Assembly (NCBI GenBank): GCA_964658305.1
Contig: OZ210885.1
Span: forward strand, 16,926,001 to 16,990,000
Direction: 5' to 3'
From: Leptogorgia sarmentosa
Taxonomy: Eukaryota
DNA: 64,000 nucleotides
The notes below the pieces were generated by a model, which ran no database searches, was not told the origin of the DNA, and worked only from the letters and a program-made list of their open reading frames with translations. Of the stretch, positions 1-9,800 are shown in pieces (position 1 is the stretch's first letter; every line of letters begins with the position of its first letter). Position numbers and translations under genes: made by a program.

Positions 1-73
1 CGAAGTTAAGCCTAGGTGGGCAAGTTAGTACTTGGATGGGTGACCACCTGGGAATACTTTGTGTTGTAGACTT
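1..73 (+). rRNA. 5S: 5S rRNA gene copy, cut by window start (nt 47-120, 1-nt deletion in helix V)
   Basis: Begins CGAAGTTAAGCC and ends GTTGTAGACTT, matching the array consensus. Confidence 0.85.
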
Positions 74-179
74 GCTTCATTTTATTGTATGTGTGTTTGT
101 AAATAGGTTTGCTTTCAATTTCAACTTCAGGGTTTTGTTATTGTTACACGTTTAAAAAGTGTAACTTCCATCAACAAAT

Positions 180-298
180 GTCTACGACCATACCAGTAGG
201 AAATACCGGTTCTCGTCTGATCACCGAAGTTAAGCCTAGGTGGGCAAAGTTAGTACTTGTATGGGTGACCACCTGGGAATACTTTGTGTTGTAGACTT
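180..298 (+). rRNA. 5S: First complete 5S copy (119 nt; one A missing in loop B, G82T)
   Basis: GTCTACGACCATACC...GATCACCGAAGTTAAGC...TTAGTACTTG...GGGAATAC...GTTGTAGACTT are eukaryotic 5S landmark motifs. Confidence 0.88.
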
Positions 299-629
299 GC
301 TTCATTTTATTGTATCTGTGTTTGTAAATAGGTTTGCTTTCAATTTCAACTTGAGGGTTTTGTTATTGTTACATGTTTAAAAAGTGTAACTTCCATCAAC
401 AAATGTCTACGACCATACCAGCAGGAAAATACCGGTTCTCCTCTGATCACCGAAGTTAAGCCTAGGTGGGCAAGTTAGTACTTGGATGGGTGACCACCTG
501 GGAATACTTTGTGTTGTAGACTTGCTTCATTTTATTGTATGTGTGTTTGTAAATAGGTTTGCTTTCAATTTCAACTTCAGGGTTTTGTTATTGTTACACG
601 TTTAAAAAGTGTAATTCCCATCAACAAAT

Positions 630-749
630 GTCTACGACCATACCAGTAGGAAAATACCGGTTATCGTCTGATCACCGAAGTTAAGCCTAGGTGGGCATAG
701 TTAGTACTTGGATGGGTGACCACCTGGGAATACTTTTTTTTGTAGACTT
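630..749 (+). pseudogene. 5S copy with internal T8 run (G108T+G110T), probable premature Pol III terminator. Same allele at 4121, 8166, 23349, 27170, 30991, 37298, 40572, 47557, 54438, 55219, 61073
   Basis: ATACTTTTTTTTGTAGAC, with T8 at 734-741. The changes also break the C67-G108 and C9-G110 pairs. Confidence 0.75.
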
Positions 750-826
750 GCTTCATTTTATTGTATGTGTGTTTGTAAATAGGTTTGCTTTCAATGTAAA
801 CTTCAGGGATTTTGTTATTGCTACAT

Positions 827-852
827 CTGGAAATACTTTGTATTGTTGTTTT
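827..852 (+). pseudogene. Relic 3' fragment of a 5S gene (nt 95-120) inside the long spacer; present in all 24 long units
   Basis: CTGGAAATACTTTGTATTGTTGTTTT vs consensus CTGGGAATACTTTGTGTTGTAGACTT (21/26 identical). Gap-free similarity continues into the following spacer. Confidence 0.85.
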
Positions 853-3800
853 GCTAAATGTTATTTAATGCCTATTTGTAAATATAATTCCTTTCAATTT
901 CAACTTCAGGGTTTTGTTATTGTTACACGTTTAAAAAGTGTAACTTCCATCAACAAATGTCTACGACCATACCAGTAGGAAAATACCGGTTCTCGTTTGA
1001 TCACTGAAGTTAAGCCTACGTGGGCAAAGTTAGTACTTGGATGGATGACTACCTGGGAATACTTTGTGTTGTAGACTTGCTTCATTTTATTGTATGTGTG
1101 TTTGTAAATATAATTCCTTTCAATTTCAACTTCAGGGTTTTGTTATTGTTACACGTTGAAAAAGTGTAACTTCCATCAACAAATGTCTACGACCATACCA
1201 GTAGGAAAATACCGGTTCTCGTTTGATCACTGAAGTTAAGCCTACGTGGGCAAAGTTAGTACTTGGATGGGTGACTACCTGGGAATACTTTGTGTTGTAG
1301 ACTTGCTTCATTTTATTGTATGTGTGTTTGTAAATAGGTTTGCTTTCAATTGCAACTTCAGGGTTTTGTTATTGTTACACGTTGAAAAAGTGTAACTTCC
1401 ATCAACAAATGTCTACGACCATACCAGTAGGAAAATACCGGTTCTCGTCTGATCACCAAAGTTAAGCCTAGGTGGGCAAAGTTAGTAGTTGGATGGGTGA
1501 CCACCTGGGAATATTTTGTGTTGTAGACTTGCTTCATTTTATTGTATGTCTGTTTGTAAATAGGTTTGCTTTCAATTTCAACTTCAGGGTTTTGTTATTG
1601 TTACACGTTTAAAAAGTGTAACTTCCATCAACAAATGTCTACGACCATACCAGTGGGAAAATACCGGTTCTCGTCTGATCACCGAAGTTAAGCCTATGTG
1701 GGCAAAGTTAGTAGTTGGATGGGTGACCACCTGGGAATACTTTGTGTTGTAGACTTGCTTCATTTTATTGTATGTGTGTTTATAAATAGGTTTGCTTGGA
1801 ATTTCAACTTCAGGGTTTTGTTATTGTTACACGTTTAAAAAGTGTAACTTCCATCAACAAATATCTACGACCATACCAGTAGGAAAATACCGGTTCTCGT
1901 CTGATCACCGAAGTTAAGCCTAGGTGGGCAAAGTTAGTAGTTGGATGGGTGACCACCTGGGAATACTTTGTGTTGTAGACTTGCTTCTTTTTATTGTATG
2001 TGTGCTTGTAAATAGGTTTGCTTTCAATTTCAACTTCAGGGTTTTGTTATTGTTACACGTTTAAAAAGTGTTACTTCCATCAACAAATGTCTACGACCAT
2101 ACCTGTAGGAAAATACCGGTTCTCGTCTGATGACCGAAGTTAAGCCTAGGTGGGCAAAGTTAGTACTTGGATGGGTGACTACCTGGGAATACTTTGTGTT
2201 GTAGACTTGCTTCATTTTATTGTATGTGTGTTTGTAAATATAATTCCTTTCAATTTCAACTTCAGGGTTTTGTTATTGTTACACGTTTAAAAAGTGTTAC
2301 TTCCATCGGCAAATGTCTACGACCATACCAGTAGGAAAATACCGGTTCTCGTCTGATCACCGAAGTTAAGCCTAGGTGGGCAAGTTAGTACTTGGATGGG
2401 TGACCACCTGGGAATACTTTGTGTTGTAGACTTGCTTCATTTTATTGTATGTGTGTTTGTAAATAGGTTTGCTTTCAATTTCATCTTCAGGGTTTTGTTA
2501 TTGTTACACGTTTAAAAAGTGTTACTTCCATCAACAAATGTCTACGACCATACCAGTAGGAAAATACCGGTTCTCGTCTGATCACCGAAGTTAAGCCTAG
2601 GTGGGCAAAGTTAGTACTTGGATGGGTGACTACCTGGGAATACTTTGTGTTGTAGACTTGCTTCATTTTATTGTATGTGTGTTTGTAAATATAATTCCTT
2701 TCAATTTCAACTTCAGGGTTTTGTTATTGTTACACGTTTAAAAAGTGTAACTTCCATCAACAATTGTCTACGACCATACCAGTAGGAAAATACCGGTTCT
2801 CGTCTGATCACAGAAGTTAAGCCTAGGTGGGCAAAGTTAGTACTTGGATGGGTGACTACCTGGGAATACTTTGTGTTGTAGACTTGCTTCATTTTATTGT
2901 AGGTGTGTTTGTAAATAGGTTTGCTTTCAATTTCAACTTCAGGGTTTTGTTATTGTTACACGTTTAAAAAGTGTAACTTCCATCAACAAATGTCTACGAC
3001 CATACCAGTAGCAAAATACCGGTTCTCGTCTGATCACCGAAGTGAAGCCTAGATGGGCAAAGTTAGTACTTGGATGGGTGACCACCTGGGAATACTTTGT
3101 GTTGTAGACTTGCTTCATTTTATTGTATGTGTGTTTGTAAATAGGTTTGCTTTCAATTTCAACTTCAGGGTTTTGTTATTGTTACACGTTTAAAAAGTGT
3201 TACTTCCATCCAGAAATATCTATGACCATACCAGTAGGAAAATACCGGTTCTCGTCTGATCACCGAAGTTAAGCCTAGGTGGGCAGGGTTAGTAGTTGGA
3301 TGGGTGACCACCTGGGAATATTTTGTGTTGTACACTTGCTTCATTTTATTGTATGTGTGTTTCTAAATAGGTTTGCTTTCAATTTCAACTTCAGGGTTTT
3401 CTTATTGTTACACGTTTAAAAAGTGTAACTTCCATCAACAAATGTCTACGACCATACCAGTAGCAAAATACCGGTTCTCGTCTGATCACCGAAGTTAACC
3501 CTAGGTGGGCAAAGTTAGTAGTTGGATGGGTGACCACCTGGGAATACTTTGTGTTGTAGACTTGCTTCATTTTATTGTATGTGTGTTTGTAAATAGGTTT
3601 GCTTGGAATTTCAACTTCAGGGTTTTGTTATTGTTACACGTTTAAAAAGTGTAACTTCCATCAACAGATGTCTACGACCATACCTGTAGGAAAATACCGG
3701 TTCTCCTCTGATCACCGAAGTTAAGCCTAGGTGGGAAAAGTTAGTAGTTGTATGGGTGACCACCTGGGAATATTTTGTGTTGTACACTTGCTTCATTTTA

Positions 3801-6800
3801 TTGTATGTGTGTTTCTAAATAGGTTTGCTTTCAATTTCAACTTCAGGGTTTTGTTATTGTTACACGTTTAAAAAGTGTTACTTCCATCGGCAAATGTCTA
3901 CGACCATACCAGTAGGAAAATACCGGTTCTCGTCTGATCACCGAAGTTAAGCCTAGGTGGGCAAGTTAGTACTTGGATGGGTGACCACCTGGGAATACTT
4001 TGTGTTGTAGACTTGCTTCATTTTATTGTATGTGTGTTTGTAGATAGGTTTGCTTTCAATTTCAACTTCAGGGATTTGTTATTGTTACACGTTTAAAAAG
4101 TGTTACTTCCATGAACAAATGTCTACGACCATACCAGTAGGAAAATACCGGTTCTCGTCTGATCACCGAAGTTAAGCCTAGGTGGGGAAAGTTAGTACTT
4201 GGATGGGTGACCACCTGGGAATACTTTTTTTTGTAGACTTGCTTCATTTTATTGTATGTGTGTTTGCAAATAGGTTTGCTTTCAATGTAAACTTCAGGGA
4301 TTTTGTTATTGCTACATCTGGAAATACTTTGTATTGTTGTTTTGCTAAATGTTATTTAATGCCTATTTGTAAATATACTTCCTTTCAATTTCAACTTCGG
4401 GGTTTTGTTATTGTTACACGATTAAAAAGTGTAACTTCCATCAACAAATGTGTACGACCGTACGAGTAGGAAAATACCGGTTCTCGTCTGATCACCGAAG
4501 TTAAGCCTAGGTGGGCAAAGTTAGTAGTTGGATGGGTGACCACCTGGGAATACTTTGTGTTGTAGACTTGCTTCATTTTATTGTATGTGTGTTTGTAAAT
4601 AGGTTTGCTTTCAATTTCAACTTCAGGGTTTTGTTATTGTTACACGTTTTAAAAGTGTAACTTCCATCAGCAAATGTCTACGACCATACCAGTAGGAAAA
4701 TACCGGTTCTCGTCTGATCACCGAAGTTAAGCCTAGGTGGGCAAAGTTAGTACTTGGATGGGTGACCACCTGGGAATACTTTGTGTTGTAGACTTGCTTC
4801 ATTTTATTGTATGTTTGTTTGTAAATAGGTTTGCTTTCAATTTCATCTTCAGGGTTTTGTTATTGTTACACGTTTAAAAAGTGTTACTTCCATCAACAAA
4901 TGTCTACGACCATACCAGTAGGAAAATACCGGTTCTCGTCTGATCACCGAAGTTAAGCCTAGGTGGGCAAAGTTAGTACTTGGATGGGTGACTACCTGGG
5001 AATACTTTGTGTTGTAGACTTGCTTCATTTTATTGTATGTGTGTTTGTAAATATAATTCCTTTCAATTTCAACTTCAGGGTTTTGTTATTGTTACACGTT
5101 TAAAAAGTGTAACTTCCATCAACAATTGTCTACGACCATACCAGTAGGAAAATACCAGTTCTCGTCTGATCACAGAAGTTAAGCCTAGGTGGGCAAAGTT
5201 AGTACTTGGATGGGTGACTACCTGGGAATACTTTGTGTTGTAGACTTGCTTCATTTTATTGTAGGTGTGTTTGTAAATAGGTTTGCTTTCAATTTCAACT
5301 TCAGGGTTTTGTTATTGTTACACGTTTAAAAAGTGTAACTTCCATCAACAAATGTCTACGACCATACCAGTAGCAAAATACCGGTTCTCGTCTGATCACC
5401 GAAGTGAAGCCTAGATGGGCAAAGTTAGTACTTGGATGGGTGACCACCTGGGAATACTTTGTGTTGTAGACTTGCTTCATTTTATTGTATGTGTGTTTGC
5501 AAATAGGTTTGCTTTCAATGTAAACTTCAGGGATTTTGTTATTGCTACATCTGGAAATACTTTGTATTGTTGTTTTGCTAAATGTTATTTAATGCCTATT
5601 TGTAAATATACTTCCTTTCAATTTCAACTTCGGGGTTTTGTTATTGTTACACGATTAAAAAGTGTAACTTCCATCAACAAATGTGTACGACCGTACGAGT
5701 AGGAAAATACCGGTTCTCGTCTGATCACCGAAGTTAAGCCTAGGTGGGCACAGTTAGTAGTTGGATGGGTGACCACCTGGGAATACTTTGTGTTGTAGAC
5801 TTGCTTCATTTTATTGTATGTGTGTTTGTAAATAGGTTTGCTTTCAATTTCAACTTCAGGGTTTTGTTATTGTTACACGTTTTAAAAGTGTAACTTCCAT
5901 CAGCAAATGTCTACGACCATACCAGTAGGAAAATACCGGTTCTCGTCTGATCACCGAAGTTAAGCCTAGGTGGGCAAAGTTAGTACTTGGATGGGTGACC
6001 ACCTGGGAATACTTTGTGTTGTAGACTTGCTTCATTTTATTGTATATTTGTTTGTAAATAGGTTTGCTTTCAATTTCATCTTCAGGGTTTTGTTATTGTT
6101 ACACGTTTAAAAAGTGTTACTTCCATCAACAAATGTCTACGACCATACCAGTAGGAAAATACCGGTTCTCGTCTGATCACCGAAGTTAAGCCTAGGTGGG
6201 CAAAGTTAGTACTTGGATGGGTGACTACCTGGGAATACTTTGTGTTGTAGACTTGCTTCATTTTATTGTATGTGTGTTTGTAAATATAATTCCTTTCAAT
6301 TTCAACTTCAGGGTTTTGTTATTGTTACACGTTTAAAAAGTGTAACTTCCATCAACAATTGTCTACGACCATACCAGTAGGAAAATACCAGTTCTCGTCT
6401 GATCACAGAAGTTAAGCCTAGGTGGGCAAAGTTAGTACTTGGATGGGTGACTACCTGGGAATACTTTGTGTTGTAGACTTGCTTCATTTTATTGTAGGTG
6501 TGTTTGTAAATAGGTTTGCTTTCAATTTCAACTTCAGGGTTTTGTTATTGTTACACGTTTAAAAAGTGTAACTTCCATCAACAAATGTCTACGACCATAC
6601 CAGTAGCAAAATACCGGTTCTCGTCTGATCACCGAAGTGAAGCCTAGATGGGCAAAGTTAGTACTTGGATGGGTGACCACCTGGGAATACTTTGTGTTGT
6701 AGACTTGCTTCATTTTATTGTATGTGTGTTTGTAAATAGGTTTGCTTTCAATTTCAACTTCAGGGTTTTGTTATTGTTACACGTTTAAAAAGTGTTACTT

Positions 6801-9800
6801 CCATCAAGAAATATCTATGACCATACCTGTAGGAAAATACCGGTTCTCGTCTGATCACCGAAGTTAAGCCTAGGTGGGCAAGGTTAGTAGTTGGATGGGT
6901 GACCACCTGGGAATATGTTGTGTTGTACACTTGCTTCATTTTATTGTATGTGTGTTTCTAAATAGGTTTGCTTTCAATTTCAACTTCAGGGTTTTCTTAT
7001 TGTTACACGTTTAAAAAGTGTAACTTCCATCAACAAATGTCTACGACCATACCAGTAGCAAAATACCGGTTCTCGTCTGATCACCGAAGTTAACCCTAGG
7101 TGGGCAAAGTTAGTAGTTGGATGGGTGACCACCTGGGAATACTTTGTGTTGTAGACTTGCTTCATTTTATTGTATGTGTGTTTGTAAATAGGTTTGCTTG
7201 GAATTTCAACTTCAGGGTTTTGTTATTGTTACACGTTTAAAAAGTGTAACTTCCATCAACAGATGTCTACGACCATACCTGTAGGAAAATACCGGTTCTC
7301 CTCTGATCACCGAAGTTAAGCCTAGGTGGGAAAAGTTAGTAGTTGTATGGGTGACCACCTGGGAATATTTTGTGTTGTAGACTTGCTTCATTTTATTGTA
7401 TGTGTGTTTGTAAATAGGTTTGCTTTCAATTTCAACTTGAGGGTTTTCTTATTGTTACATGTTTAAAAAGTGTAACTTCCATCAACAAATGTCTACGACC
7501 ATACCAGCAGGAAAATACCGGTTCTCGTCTGATCACCGAAGTTAAGCCTAGGTGGGCAAGTTAGTACTTGGATGGGTGACCACCTGGGAATACTTTGTGT
7601 TGTAGACTTGCTTCATTTTATTGTATGTGTGTTTGTAAATAGGTTTGCTTTCAATTTCAACTTCAGGGTTTTGTTATTGTTACACGTTTAAAAAGTGTAA
7701 CTTCCATCAACAAATGTCTACGACCATACCAGTAGGAAATACCGGTTCTCGTCTGATCACCGAAGTTAAGCCTAGGTGGGCAAAGTTAGTACTTGTATGG
7801 GTGACCACCTGGGAATACTTTGTGTTGTAGACTTGCTTCATTTTATTGTATCTGTGTTTGTAAATAGGTTTGCTTTCAATTTCAACTTGAGGGTTTTGTT
7901 ATTGTTACATGTTTAAAAAGTGTAACTTCCATCAACAAATGTCTACGACCATACCAGCAGGAAAATACCGGTTCTCCTCTGATCACCGAAGTTAAGCCTA
8001 GGTGGGCAAGTTAGTACTTGGATGGGTGACCACCTGGGAATACTTTGTGTTGTAGACTTGCTTCATTTTATTGTATGTGTGTTTGTAAATAGGTTTGCTT
8101 TCAATTTCAACTTCAGGGTTTTGTTATTGTTACACGTTTAAAAAGTGTAATTCCCATCAACAAATGTCTACGACCATACCAGTAGGAAAATACCGGTTAT
8201 CGTCTGATCACCGAAGTTAAGCCTAGGTGGGCATAGTTAGTACTTGGATGGGTGACCACCTGGGAATACTTTTTTTTGTAGACTTGCTTCATTTTATTGT
8301 ATGTGTGTTTGTAAATAGGTTTGCTTTCAATGTAAACTTCAGGGATTTTGTTATTGCTACATCTGGAAATACTTTGTATTGTTGTTTTGCTAAATGTTAT
8401 TTAATGCCTATTTGTAAATATAATTCCTTTCAATTTCAACTTCAGGGTTTTGTTATTGTTACACGTTTAAAAAGTGTAACTTCCATCAACAAATGTCTAC
8501 GACCATACCAGTAGGAAAATACCGGTTCTCGTTTGATCACTGAAGTTAAGCCTACGTGGGCAAAGTTAGTACTTGGATGGGTGACTACCTGGGAATACTT
8601 TGTGTTGTAGACTTGGTTCATTTTATTGTATGTGTGTTTGTAAATATAATTCCTTTCAATTTCAACTTCAGGGTTTTGTTATTGTTACACGTTTAAAAAG
8701 TGTAACTTCCATCAACAATTGTCTACGACCATACCAGTAGGAAAATACCGGTTCTCGTCTGATCACCGAAGTTAAGCCTAGGTGGGCAAAGTTAGTACTT
8801 GGATGGGTGACTACCTGGGAATACTTTGTGTTGTAGACTTGCTTCATTTTATTGTATGTGTGTTTGTAAATAGGTTTGCTTTCAATTTCAACTTCAGGGT
8901 TTTGTTATTGTTACACGTTGAAAAAGTGTAACTTCCATCAACAAATGTCTACGACCATACCAGTAGGAAAATACCGGTTCTCGTCTGATCACCAAAGTTA
9001 AGCCTAGGTGGGCAAAGTTAGTAGTTGGATGGGTGACCACCTGGGAATATTTTGTGTTGTAGACTTGCTTCATTTTATTGTATGTCTGTTTGTAAATAGG
9101 TTTGCTTTCAATTTCAACTTCAGGGTTTTGTTATTGTTACACGTTTAAAAAGTGTAACTTCCATCAACAAATGTCTAAGACCATACCAGTGGGAAAATAC
9201 CGGTTCTCGTCTGATCACCGAAGTTAAGCCTAGGTGGACAAAGTTAGTAGTTGGATGGGTGACCACCTGGGAATACTTTGTGTTGTAGACTTGCTTCATT
9301 TTATTGTATGTGTGTTTGTAAATAGGTTTGCTTGGAATTTCAACTTCAGGGTTTTGTTACTGTTACACGTTTAAAAAGTGTAACTTCCATCAACAAATGT
9401 CTACGACCATACCAGTAGGAAAATACCGGTTCTCGTCTGATCACCAAAGTTAAGCCTAGGTGGGCAAAGTTAGTAGTTGGATGGGTGACCACCTGGGAAT
9501 ATTTTGTGTTGTAGACTTGCTTCATTTTATTGTATGTCTGTTTGTAAATAGGTTTGCTTTCAATTTCAACTTCAGGGTTTTGTTATTGTTACACGTTTAA
9601 AAAGTGTAACTTCCATCAACAAATGTCTACGACCATACCACTGGGAAAATACCGGTTCTCGTCTGATCACCGAAGTTAAGCCTAGGTGGACAAAGTTAGT
9701 AGTTGGATGGGTGACCTCCTGGGAATACTTTGTGTTGTAGACTTGCTTCATTTTATTGTATGTGTGTTTGTAAATAGGTTTGCTTGGAATTTCAACTTCA

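Larger units (their letters stand above)
630..958 (+). repeat. Long (329 bp) unit variant. Others start at 4121, 5354, 8166, 11884, 12891, 15254, 16261, 20658, 21665, 23349, 25260, 27170, 29081, 30991, 35388, 37298, 40572, 45647, 47557, 54438, 55219, 59841, 61073
   Basis: Spacer is 209 bp rather than 106 bp. Each is marked by the recurring 95-aa spurious ORF, which starts at gene nt 62. Confidence 0.95.

Noticed and set aside
299..404. Linked SL RNA, U snRNA or tRNA gene in the spacer, as in some invertebrate 5S repeats
   Set aside because: No recognisable leader, convincing Sm site in a stem-loop context, or cloverleaf on either strand in 106 bp. Not tested with covariance models.
883..888. 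TATAAT as a bacterial -10 box
   Set aside because: Eukaryotic Pol III context, and the hexamer is a diverged version of the spacer's TAGGTT.
750..958. Transposon, 5S-derived SINE (SINE3) or Cassandra-type element as the source of the unit or insert
   Set aside because: No target-site duplication, terminal repeats, tail or unrelated body. The insert is explained as a deleted copy of the unit itself.
691..978. Recurring 95-aa ORF (24 copies) and the other 61-123 aa ORFs on both strands
   Set aside because: They run across 5S gene and spacer, mostly use GTG/TTG starts in a eukaryotic context, have composition dictated by T-rich DNA, show no recognisable domain, and open or close with repeat indels.
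3219..4569. C3G and G116C as a compensatory pair in helix I
   Set aside because: They occur in different monomer types and were not seen together in one gene, so each is disruptive.
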